A DNA stretch of 64,000 nt from Lophium mytilinum. Its lineage: Eukaryota. The notes below the pieces were generated by a model. The model ran no database searches and was not told the origin of the DNA. It saw only the letters and a program-made list of their open reading frames with translations. Location: contig MU004198.1 in the NCBI GenBank assembly GCA_010093605.1, forward strand, positions 622,726 to 686,725, given 5' to 3'. The position numbers and the translations under genes were made by a program. Shown one piece after another: positions 12,398 to 23,788 of this stretch; the stretch's first letter is position 1, and each line of letters opens with the position of its first letter.

Positions 12398-13944
12398 ATA
12401 AAGCCTTAATTAAATGTTAGCCCAGCTTTACAAGTTTCCTGATTAGCCTGTTACTAAGGTACTAAGGCCTTTGGTTTTATTATATTTCCTGTCCTTGGCG
12501 CTAATTCTCAAGATCCAGGTCATATGTACCTGATGTATGACAACATGCGGCGCAGCGCACTAAGCCTCTCGAATTCCTACACTAATATGGTAAGTATCTC
12601 AACAAAACCGCGCAAGCCTTCTTTCTCTCCGTTTTCCTAAACACCCCGATGTTAATTGCTTTAGATAACCATGCCGTAAAGTCCAGCCGCCAAAGACACT
12701 TCCTCCAAGGCGCAAGCAAAAGGGTAATCGCCGGTCTCAGTTATCCTTTCACGTGTGTACTTCTTGCGCTGCGGCGCATTATGTTGCCGCAACCTCCGCC
12801 TCCTCCATCCTATACTCATCTCTACTCCGTCGCACTTCCGCATTACTTGCGTCTCTTGCTGTGCCTAATACAGGGGCTCTTGAATTATCGTGTTCTCCTG
12901 GCATGCTTTATTTCATTACGCCTCCCCGTTCACTGCGCCCCCTAGCCCAGTGCAGCGCTTAATAGGAAATATGCCTTGGAGGAAGACTGCTATATGTGTC
13001 TTCAAGATAGTACTACATAACAGCTGTAAATGCCAGAAGTCATGTTATTTCCACTTATCCTACTTTACTTTTTGCTGCTCGAACTGACTTCACTATGAAG
13101 TTGGTTTCTCTACTTCTCTTTGAACAGCTTGTGCTCTCGAGTTCAACGCCTGACACAACGGCTAGGGCTCCCCCTGTGATAGCTAGCCGCAGTAAGTGCA
13201 TTATTCTCGTGATCCGCTTAGGTCCTGTTTAGTATACTTTAAGATAGTGTGGTGAGGTAGATTGGTGCAGGTATACTGGCGGCACCGGATAAGCGTTTAG
13301 GACCCCCTTCTTGATTGCGGAGGGCAGAGCTGTATTATCTATCATCTCTTCTTCTCGCAAAGTCTGCCCTAGGCAACACAACGGCTACGACCTCATCTTC
13401 GATATAACACAATTGAGGTTATCCTCTTCCTCTTTCTTTCCCCTTAGTCAACGTGATCCTCACTCCTGTAACTATCCCGCCCTCCACCACTATAATAGGA
13501 TGTTGGTTTGGAAAAGGTACCCTTTTAAACCTTAAGAGCACTAAGAAACATACTAGAAAACGTGCGAATTAACATCTCCTCATGGGTTTAAACAATTTTG
13601 CAGGGGTTACTTAGTATGCTTCAAAGTTGCTTTCTTTTTTTAAGCCTTGGCCAATTTAATTTATTACTGATATTTGTCTACTATCCCGAGCAGGGGGTTA
13701 ATATTCATCTCCAAACATACCAGTTTAGTGTTATGCAGAATAACATAGAATAAAATATAAGGGTCCTATTTCTCATATTTATTTTAAACAGAAATTCTAA
13801 TTAATTTTTTTATTAGTAAAGAAACTATCATTAGGGCTAGAAGAAGCCTCTTAATAATGTTAGAGATCTAGAAGCCCTCTTTCCCTATAGAATGCTTAGT
13901 TACATGGATAGTTACATGGATAGATAGATTAATCGGTGGATAAG

Positions 13945-13975
13945 TAAATAGATAGATAGATATAAATAGATAGAT

Positions 13976-14013
<38 letters not shown>

Positions 14014-14045
14014 CGATAGATAGATTGATAGATAGATAGATAGAG
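13945..14045 (+). repeat. (ATAG)n microsatellite
   Basis: Directly visible. Confidence 0.9.
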
Positions 14046-14405
14046 ACTTACTGTTTAAATTTAAGCTTTAGGACATTACTCCTCTAGTAACTTAGCCTAG
14101 TAAAAATTTGAAGTGCTTAGTAAGGCCCTAGTCCTTATAATTAGGGTAAAGGAGAATAGTTAAGAAGTCTACTAAATCTAGATGCATTAAAAGCTATAGA
14201 GATAACGCCTCATAATTTAATTTATTACTCCTAGATTTACCTTAAAGTAGGCCTTTTACGCCTGGAATATTTACCTATCATTTTTTGTTATCTTCCTCTA
14301 GGTAGGATATTTGACATCGCAATCTAGATACTTAGAAGTATCCTAAAAAGCCTTCTTTCAAGATAATCCTAATTAGAAGATTGCACTTAACAGCTAGATC
14401 TAGAA

Positions 14406-14666
14406 TATCAAAGGTATAGAGTCGATGTGAGAATAGATAGACAGATAGATAGATAGGAATTATATTGCTTAAGTTCTATACTACATCAATAGGAATAGAG
14501 TATATATACAGCATTTAATGCATTATAAACTGTTTCTCTAACGTTCTTATAACATTATCTAACGTTTGTTGTATCACGTTCAAACGCTCACGGTTTTGTC
14601 CTGTTTAAAGGCTTTTGAGCCTATTATACGTAAGGATAGAACGCTTATGCTATAGTAATCCTTACT
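14406..14666 (-). mobile_element. Solo LTR of the same copia family, inverted, with 5-bp TSD TAGAA
   Basis: Reverse complement matches the LTR; TAGAA at 14401-14405 and 14667-14671. Confidence 0.9.
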
Positions 14667-15912
14667 TAGAAATACCTTTTAAAATTAGCTTTAATCTAGC
14701 TTCCCTTTGTGAGTAGGAATGTTTTCTTCCTGATTTTCATTTCAAATCCATAGCCAGTCCGGATTATTAACTATTTAAGTAATGAAGTAGTGTACCAGCC
14801 TCCTAGTAAGCTAGCTTTACCTATAGATGGTGTTTTACTACCTTTATTTAGAATAGCTCTAAGTTAGGGGTGTTTATTACAATAACAAGTAGTAAAAGTA
14901 GATACATTTATTAAATTATTATCTATAGCTAACTTCTATTTACACTTAATATAGCCAATTCTAACCCTCCTCTTTTTATTCTATGTATTTTCAAGAAGGC
15001 TTACTAATAAATAGCTTAAAGATATTATTGTAGGAAGTGTAAAATCTAGTAAAAGAAGTTTAGGTAGTATAATTAAGATATATACTTAATGCCTCTTCTC
15101 TATATTATTCTAGCTCTTCTCTATATCTATCTAGCTCTACTTATATCTATCTACTACTAGTTTATAATAAGATTACTATATATTACTTACTATATAGTTA
15201 GATTACTTATATATAGCTAATTAGTATAATTAATATATAAATAAGCTAATATATTAGAAAGTAACTAAAGAAGTAATTAAATAGGTAAATAAATAGTAGA
15301 TGTATAGGCAAATATATAGGTAAATATATAGGCAAATATATATATAAATAATATATAATTATCTATCTATCTATCTATCTATGTATTAACTTTATAGTAT
15401 ATTTTATCTATTTATATATAAGCTTCTTTTATTTTAAGCTTTATAGATTAGTACTTTTAAAACTATAAGAAAGTGAAATAGTATTATTAAAATAGATTCT
15501 TTTAGTAGAATAGTATATAGGCATAGGTGCCTATTTATAAATCTATATATAAGGCTATAGAGACTCTTTTTTTTATAATAACTTTTCTTCTTACTATAAC
15601 TATTTATATGCCTATTAGTTACTTAATTTTATATCTATATCTCTATAAGTATGCTAAAAACCTTTAAATCTTATCTTATTAGGGCTTCTTTGCACTAAGC
15701 TGCGCATATAGAAATCTATAAACTTTATATTCTTGCCTGCCTAAGTTTCCTATCCATTAAAACTGTCCATTTCTTTAGTAGAATTTCCTTGGCAAATACC
15801 ACACATATCTACTTGCGTCTTGCTAACATAGCTGCACATTGACATGCTATTAAAAACCATTACATCCTCAATAAGGTTTACAATGTGGTATTTGCTATAA
15901 AATGTTATCGAT

Positions 15913-17579
15913 CTACGAATCATGAACCCGAACGACGCCGCCAGTGACGCCTTGGTAGAATGTGCCATCAGGACCAAGAGTACCAGGAAGCTCATTGTCC
16001 TACATGTGGTCAGATAGTTCAATTCTTGGAAGTAGAGTAGACTTACGTTAAGTGTACCGCCAGCGCCAGCCCTAACCTTCCACGCGACTTCTCCAGTCTC
16101 ATAACTCGTTGCTGAGGCGTAGAAGACATATTCTCCCTGGTCTGCCAGCTCCGCATCTTGAAGATAGGTATAGAACAGGCCCGTCTTGGTCGACAACACA
16201 GACACGGAGGTCGTTCGAAATTCGTCGTTGCTCCAGGCGATGCTACAGCCGCCGCCGTCGGCTGGAACGTTGACACGGACAAGGCCTGGTGCCATTGGGT
16301 TGAAGTTATTGTAAGCGCCGTTGATATCTCCAGCTCCTAGATATAGTGCAGGTGCGTTGTAGTCGTTGCGCAGTATAACACCGTATGTCTTTCCGTCAAA
16401 GCCGATAATTGGGGAGTTGTCAGTCGCGCTTGTGCCTGGCTGGAACACCGGCACGGAGCACACTGGTGGCCCTGATGTCTTGCCCTGACGGTAGACCAAG
16501 AGGCTGATCTGAGAGTCTGAGTTGTCTGTTATGACGACGTAATCATTTCCGAGCAGCGTTGGAGTCGCTCCGGTCCCGCGGGAATAGCAACCGGGTTTGA
16601 TAGCCGAGCCTGCGTCATAGGCTTCCTTCCATAGTGTCGTAATTTTGCTGCCAGACCCCGAAGTAAAGGCATATATGTAGCCGGTAGCATTTGCCGTATC
16701 AGCTGGGCTGTTTGGGCTTGGTCCCGTTGCGGCATAAACGATGTCTCCATTTACAGCCAAGCCATTCTCTTGCATTTGATTCTGTAGGCGAAGGGAATGG
16801 ACAGTCCCTTTGGAATCAATATAGCCGAAGACTGTGGTGTTTTGAGGGGCATCTCCTACGCCACCCACGATTCCACCGGTGGAGAACCAAATGTTTCCTT
16901 GAGCATCGAACATGCTGTTCAAAAGCTCCTCATAAACTTCAACAATTCCTAGGGCAACAAGATCGATGGTTTTCAGAAGATTGAATTGGGTTCCTTTTCG
17001 TTGCACAATGAATATGCGGCCTTGGCGTGAGCTTACGGCTATCGTGTTACTTTTGAGGTTAAGCTCCATGTACTCGGTATTCAAATGGTCGTTGCCTGGG
17101 GATAACCAGGTTGACAAGATTGCGAAGCTGTCGGGATCTACTGCTGCTAAAGCATAAGTTGGCGTTTTCGAGCCGTTGGCTAGATACGTATACGCTGCTG
17201 TCAATTCGCCTTGAGTGTCGAATAGCAGAACTCTGAGGCCAGAGGCGATGGTTGACACGTTGACGTTGTTACCCAGAGGGCCACCGTAATCACTACTTCC
17301 AGTGTTTCCAGCGTCCTGGTGCATGAGGGAACCATCGGGAGTATATCGCGCTGGGGCAGCTAGTGGTGCTGCTTTGACAGCGTTGCCAGTAAAAGCATCT
17401 CCTGCCAAAGGCTGCGAATTGGTAATGGGTTTTGGAGAGGTTGCTTGGCGCTCAAACTGTAATTGTGAATACCAGTGTTTAGGATGCGGCACAATATTCT
17501 TACAAGCTGGGGAGACGCGTCTTGCTGCAACGAGGTCGGCATGGTCATGGCAGTTGAGAGCATCAGTTGGAAAAGGCAT
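15913..17579 (-). CDS. Uncharacterised beta-propeller-like protein resembling an actinobacterial hypothetical family; one 3' intron
   Basis: Long ORF with MHQDAGNTGSSD..GPLG, GNIWFSTGG, ENGLAV and KPGCYSRGTGATPTLLG..YVVITDN; after the GTAAGT...TAG intron (~15999-16045) it ends DNELPGTLGPDGTFYQGVTGGVVRVHDS*; true start uncertain. Confidence 0.7.
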
Positions 17580-19224
17580 AGTGATGGACGCATCGTTACG
17601 AGGATGTGCTGTTGAGAGCAGAATGAAGGAAAGAGAGGCTCGGAGCGATGAAAGTGTTGAATTGATAGCTACAAAGTGGAAAACGGGAAGTCCTTGACGC
17701 TATAAACACGACAGAGAGCAGAGGCTCGGATGGTCGGCGCGCCTGGTATCGCGCAGGTACGAGGATGGATCCACATAAGCAAAAGCTAGGTACCCTTGCC
17801 CTACTACTGAAAGGGAGCTCGCTCGAGATGGACGATGAGCCGACCCTTGGAAGCGAGTGATCGGCCTTGCAGGATGGCAATGGCAGCATGATGGAATATT
17901 GAAGACAGACAAGCCCATCACTGCCTAGACTGGTATGCGCGATGGCAGAAAGAGTTGCTATTCACCTACGATTCGTGGGCCCGGCCCCAACCTCGGGAGG
18001 AATGTGGCATTGTTGGCTGGCTGTTGGGATCTGCGATGGGGTGCCCTGGGGATAAGGGGCCCGGCTGCTGGGGTCCCATCATTGCACGGTGAGGTCGTGG
18101 GGTCGGCAAGGAGGCGAGAAACACCATAAGAGGGGCACATTGCGCAACAAAATGGGGGAGTTTCCTTGTTAAATGATAATTCGGCGGGAGGGGCGCGTAA
18201 GTGCAGTAGTAGGTAGGAGGAGAGATCTTCGAGTCTTCTTTACAGCCCAAGGCGACGGCGCCCGGACCCACAGAAAGCTTGCAGTCAAGGACAGCCACTC
18301 ACGTCGCCTCCCGAATACGACGGAACGATTCCGGCATGCCGTACCGGGCCGTTAGGGCCGTGCGATCTGCGATGTGCCCGGCTCTTAGCTTCCAGCCTCT
18401 GACCAGACGACAACCTCCTGCCCGAATCTGAGCAAGGCGACCACGATGCCAGCTACCGTAGATACTCGGCGATAGCGACGATGTCGCAGATCTTGGGACC
18501 TATCTGCATCGTGACTGTCAATCACACCTCGCATCGCGCTCTCGGAGCTTCCACGATACCTTCACCGATATAGAGCAAGATAATGATGAAAAGGCGTCAA
18601 CTGTGAGTCTTAAAATCGTAATCGAAGTGCTTTGCCTCAAACTACCGGAGAATTTCTGGTCGACCGCCGACTTGTGCTATATCCCTCTCACAATAGGCCA
18701 TACTGCCCCTCAGTTGCGAGCTGCCATCAACATCCGGTAGCTCCAGTCGCGTCCTCAAGCGTCCATACATGGTTCAACAAAGTTGACATACCGCATTCCA
18801 ATACGTTAGCTTTCTAATGCTGAGGTCTGTCAATACGTTAGTAGGGTTCAAGACGTTCGTAGCGATCATTCTGAAAGGATCAGACACTCGATTATTTCTA
18901 AACTACCCCAGCGCGCTGAACGGTGAAAATCAAACCGATTAAGGATTCGGAGAAGCCGGCGGGTAGGTAAACACCTCATGGGTGTTACACGACGATTAGA
19001 CTCAGATCGTTCAAAAGCAAGCGCCATGGACGACAAGGTAGATTTGGCCACTTATTAGGCCAAACTGGACAACCATATACCAACCTCTCCAAGACATATT
19101 TACCAAACTCCCTGGCCTCCTGCACGGCATAACGCAGTCTTCTCAGCTGGTTCTACTGGGCGGCCTGTCGACTAGCTGCGAAGCATGCTTCCTGCGACGC
19201 CTTGCAGCGCCTGCATCTGCGCTC

Positions 19225-20925
19225 TCAGCTCTGTAAGCTGCTACTCAAGGCCTGCCTTGGTATCTTACGGGGCTTTTTTGTTGCTGGTTTGGTAATTGAG
19301 GCTGAGCGGTCCCTTGGTGGCCGGCCACGCTTCCTAGCCTGCTGAGTGGCCTGCTGGGTTACCTCCGGCGCAGCTGTCGAGACAGTGATTTTTGTGGCAA
19401 AAACCTCCTGGCCATTCTTCAGGGCACTCTTCACTGCCAATTTCACCGCCCATTGATCTCCAAGATGCCGGGTAACCCTATCATGCCTCTCTTTAACCAT
19501 GTTGTAACGTCTCACGTTCCTATCTCTAACGAGGTAGTCTCGCACGACATCGCTCAGAACCTCGTGTTTACCGATATCCGTCTCAACATCCGACCATACA
19601 GAAGAGTTATCGGTGCCGATGACTATCGCAAATCGTACCCCACTAGCATTATGCTTGAACATCTGGGCCCCACAAGCTCTGTTACCATTCAGATAAAGCA
19701 CTTCATTGGTATCCCACCATGAATCGAAGCTTTGTTCTCCTGATTTTTGATCAACAGAGAAACCGTTTTGAGCAATCTGTTCATAGGCTACAACAACTTG
19801 CGTAGAATGTAGGCGCCGTGTCTTTGCGTTCACGTCGAAGAGCTCGTCATTCGGCGGGCTGATATAGATCTCTTTCTTGGCACATTCTCTCAAAACGGTG
19901 TCTTTGCAGGACACTATTTCATTATTTTCAACCCGAACAAGATCGTTTGGCTGCGAGGACTTGATTGCAAGGCAGATAGCCAGCCGGCTGTCATCTTCCG
20001 TTCCACAGTTCAAGATAGCCCTGACTCTGGTTTCATCCTCGGCTTTGGAGCAACGGAGCAGTGGCAGTGTGATTCGAAGACCCCGGTTGGTCAAAGTGTA
20101 TTCGTAATCTTCGAAGAGTGCAGGTGGGGAGCGTCGTATGCTGCCGCAAGCAGCAGACTCGAAAGGTGAGCGGGCAAAAGGGCCTCGCTCAAGTCCAGGG
20201 CCCGTCCAAGCAAAGAGGGAGTGGTCGTTAGATGACTTCATGATTTCGTGCTGCAGCCGAACGAAAGCGTTTTTGCCTTCTCCGTATAGCATCGGCATGT
20301 GTACGTCGAAGAGCCCGAGGAGACAGTAGGCCAGGTCTTCCTGCCGCGTCGTTTGCCTGTTCGCTGCCCAGGACATGATCTGTGCGATGCTTGACTCGCT
20401 CGATTGGACTCCCAGAAGGACATCGCATGGAATACCGGTAATCTGGGAGATCGGCTCTTTCAAAGTCGCCTTGGTGCCTAACTCTTCCCACTTCTCATCG
20501 TAAAAGACCACCGAGGAGGGTGCAATCAGTTCCTGAAGAGTCCAGCCTCGTGTGAACCAGTTGCTGTGCCTTAGACCATCAACGTCGGCCACATCTCCCA
20601 GAAATGCGTAGCATACAGCAGCACTCTCGTACTACCGGTACATGGAGTTGATCGCATCTGAGAGCTCGGAGCTACTATTCTTGTCAATGCAACATGTGTC
20701 AATCCAGATGTATTTAAAACCGTCCGAGGCCGCTTGCTCGCACGACTTCCTGATCTTCTGTGATGCGGTTCCTTCTGGGAGTGAAGCGGCAGATTGGTAA
20801 TGCCTCTGGATACTATTGAACGTAACTTCATCATCGCCCCATCTGTGCGAGAGTATAGCGTATGGAGGAATTCTGTCGCCCATAAACTCTTTGAGTTGAA
20901 GAGTACTCGTGTCAAGCAACCGCAT
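19225..20925 (-). pseudogene. HET-domain (heterokaryon incompatibility) gene with a single in-frame TAG at 20632-20634
   Basis: MRLL...PPYAILSHRWG...IWIDTCCIDKNSSSELSDAINSMYR*YESAAVCYAFLGDV...WFTRGWTLQELIAP...AYCLLGLFDVHMPMLYGEG; both ORF halves are in the same frame. Confidence 0.85.
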
Positions 20926-21545
20926 TGTGTGACCGTTTGAGCAATTTGGAATTCGAGCGGAAGAAACAGCCAGCTATTGGTTTAGGGTGCAATGAACAGA
21001 ATCCGGAAGTGTTTAAATAAAAGATAAAAGACCTAGTAACTCCAAGCCTTCCAGCGGCTGCCTAGATATGGAGAGAGTTTGGAATCCCGAGCCTCGCACG
21101 TGACGAGCTGAATCTCTCCAGGCTAAAATGAAATAGTCGTTGCTGACCTCCCGCATCTGAGCCTCTCCTGCAAATGATGGGTATTCGGTCTAATTTACAT
21201 GCTGTCTACGTACCGTTTGAAACAGACTGGGACAGAGTGTTATCTCTGGAAGGGAGCTAGAGCTTCCGAGGCCTACAAAATGGTGCGGGGCTGTTCATTC
21301 ATAACCCATGATAGATTTCTAGAGCGGGTAAGCCTGAGTCGGCCTCGGCCATATTTTAACGGTGCAGATCCATGTTATCAGAGGGGTTTAGGTGCGGGTT
21401 GATATACAAAGGAACAAGCATGTAGCTCAGACAAAGTTTAGACACAACTCAAGCGATATCAATGACGTCATCATCAACCTTTCACTCTACCTAATTTGGA
21501 ATGAATGAACAGCCCATCTGAGCAGGTGACTGTGAAACACGCTAA

Positions 21546-21724
21546 ACGTCGTTAACCCCCCAGCGAGAATCACCCACCACTGTGCTACCGAGAATTGTAG
21601 AGGATTTGAGGGGCTAAGCCGCTAGTCTACATTCTTCTAAGCGTGACCAGATATGCCCGCCAGATACTCCACCAATTCTCGTTAGTACGTGAATCTCGGA
21701 TGGGGGGTGGGGGGTTAACGACGT
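21546..21724. mobile_element. MITE-like element (~180 bp) with pogo/Fot1-type ACGT termini
   Basis: TIR ACGTCGTTAACCCCCCA ... TGGGGGGTTAACGACGT followed by TA; further internal inverted matches CGAGAATTG/CAATTCTCG. Confidence 0.7.
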
Positions 21725-21861
21725 TAATCTAAACTACCTAGGTAATTGCACCCTCAAACCACTTGGCCTTGGTCCCACCTCCAACTCAAAGGTGCTAGAA
21801 ACACATACCCATACTGTTGTGAAGCCAACCACGTCCACGTCTCTCTAGCTAGAATAGCTCG

Positions 21862-22158
21862 ATGACTTGGGCAACCAACATCATCAAACAACTCCAGCAG
21901 GGCCTCGTAGTACAATTCCGGCCCTCCGGCCACTCTATGCGCGGAAAGGTTGCCCATCGATCTTTATGCACTGTCCAGCCCATTTCAGCACCCATCCACG
22001 TTGACGATATCGCGCTGTGCAAGGTCAAAGGCAACCATTATCTCCATCCCGTGAAGGCGAAGTCGGGAGTGCGGTATCTGATCGGCAACAACGTCGGCGG
22101 AACCAACGGCTGGATCACCGAGCAGAGCATCTATGGGAAGCTTACAAGTGTCAAGTGA
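21862..22158 (+). CDS. Small intronless S24/S26 peptidase-like protein (98 aa), bacterial type
   Basis: FRPSGHSM (catalytic-Ser-like), DIALCKVKGNHYLH, LIGNN.G..NGW...IYGK pattern. Confidence 0.7.
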   Translation: MTWATNIIKQLQQGLVVQFRPSGHSMRGKVAHRSLCTVQPISAPIHVDDIALCKVKGNHYLHPVKAKSGVRYLIGNNVGGTNGWITEQSIYGKLTSVK

Positions 22159-22295
22159 GCAGTGAATTTGGATCAAGTGGATAGGTCAAGGTCGAGCCGA
22201 AGACCCCAATCACGTGTTTGGAGAAGGCCAGTGAGGGAAGCTTCATCTCTGCGATAGCTAGGGTTCATTGCAGCTTCCCCTGCAGCATCCAGGTC

Positions 22296-23712
22296 ATGAT
22301 GACCAAAATACATAGACTGCGCCATTTCTGGTTTCTTGTTCTTCTCGTGGTCATCACAACTCAATTATTTAGAACTCAATCACTCTATTCTAAAGTTGAG
22401 ATGGAAGGGATAACGAATATGTTGGGGCGATTAGTAGGTTCTAAACTTGGACACCGAAGCTAGAGCTAACATAGTCAGACATCTGCTCTAGTTCTAGCCT
22501 GTAGGTCTATCTAGCATCGAAAGCTATAGACACCCACTCATGTTGCATTCAGGTGGTCTACAACAGGCCTCAACTCCCGCTACCGATACCAACGGAGCTC
22601 TCCGGATGAACCACATCCAGGTCATCGGCACCCACAATAGCTACCATCGCGAGATCAGCTTGAAAGAACGCGCAGTCTTCGATCAGTGCATGGACGACCC
22701 GCAGAACTACTACTACTCCCACTCCAAGCTCTCCGACCAGCTGAGCCATCAATCTGTACGCTCCCTGGAACTCGACCTCCACTCCGACCTCCGCGGTGGC
22801 CTCTTCGAGACGCCCCTAATTTGGAAGTGCTCCAACCTTAATGCTTCCACTTACCCTTTCCACGATCCCAACTGGTCCAAACCCGGCTATAAAGTCTTCC
22901 ACGTAAACGACATGGATACCAACGCCGTCTGTCATACCCTAGTCTCATGTCTCGAAGAGCTGAAAGCTTGGTCCGACGCCAACCCTCGCCACATCCCCAT
23001 CCTGATCGACCTCGAGATGATGTGGGACGCCGATCTCAAGACGTGCAACAGCAGCTGCAAATACGTCAATGAAACGTGCTTGAAAGGCGGCGTATGCGAC
23101 GACGAAGCCAAACATCTGAATCTTACCCAGCTCCTCGAGGTCGACCGTGAGATTCGCTCCGTGCTGCCTGCACACAAACTCATAGTTCCAGACAACGTGC
23201 GCAAGAGAAAGCTCACGCTGGAGGAGTCGATTCTACAACACGGCTGGCCGACCCTTGACGCTGCCCGCGGCAAATTCATGTTCTACTTCGACAACGAGCC
23301 TGATACTTCTGATCCCACTAACTACCGCAACCTTTACCGCGCCGACGGCCACGACAGTTTGCAGGGACGCGTGGTGTGGACGAACTCTCTCGAAGGCGAT
23401 GCAGATGCGGCGTTCATTAAGCATAACACGCCTACTGGTGATGATTTGGCTGAGATTCAGAGGCTGGTGAAGAAGGGGTATATCGTTCGCACTCGTGCTG
23501 ATGAGCCGATTACGACAGTCCAGCAGAATGATACGACAAGGAGGCATTCGGCGTTCGTGAGTGGGGCGCAGATTGTGAGTACGGATTACCCGGCGTACGG
23601 GATGTCGGCGAGGTGGGATTCGGATTATGTGGTGCAACTTGAGGGCGGGATTGTGGCAAGATGCAATCCAGTTACAGCGCCGGAGTGGTGTAAGGATAGT
23701 ATGTTGGAGTAG
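22296..23712 (+). CDS. Ca2+-dependent phosphoinositide-specific phospholipase C-like protein (PI-PLC-C1 type), probably secreted or membrane-anchored
   Basis: LRMNHIQVIGTHNSYH, VRSLELDLH, KVFHV, WPTLDAARGKFMF, GYIVRTRAD, SGAQIVSTDYP, ARCNPVTAP; putative hydrophobic first exon 22296-22433 with intron to ~22497; main ORF 22540-23712. Confidence 0.85.
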
Positions 23713-23788
23713 GTTACTCGGGTCGTGTCCATCAATATCCCTGAGCGTCTATACCGTGCGGCTGGGCGAGGTTTGGCGATATGGTATC

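Larger units (their letters stand above)
13640..15700 (-). mobile_element. Probable RIP-degraded hAT-type DNA transposon relic, interrupted by a solo LTR
   Basis: Minus-strand fragments LDLAVKCNLLIRII...KYLDCDVKYPT*RKIT...ISIAFNA resemble the hAT transposase segment leading to the first catalytic Asp; frameshifted and heavily mutated, no clear TIRs. Confidence 0.4.
5390..15740. mobile_element. AT-rich, RIP-degraded nested transposon island
   Basis: Abrupt drop in GC, strong TpA excess and CpA/TpG depletion, almost no ORFs, recognisable TE remnants. Confidence 0.9.

Noticed and set aside
13538..15699. 8-bp direct repeat GCACTAAG as a hAT TSD
   Set aside because: No TIRs inside, a third copy exists at ~12557, and AT-rich sequence continues past it; could be chance
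15750..16045. C-terminal tail of the 609-aa ORF
   Set aside because: Read-through of an intron; the real last exon is in another frame and ends at 15913
17900..19200. Several 60-110 aa ORFs between the propeller gene and HET
   Set aside because: No recognisable motifs; treated as intergenic
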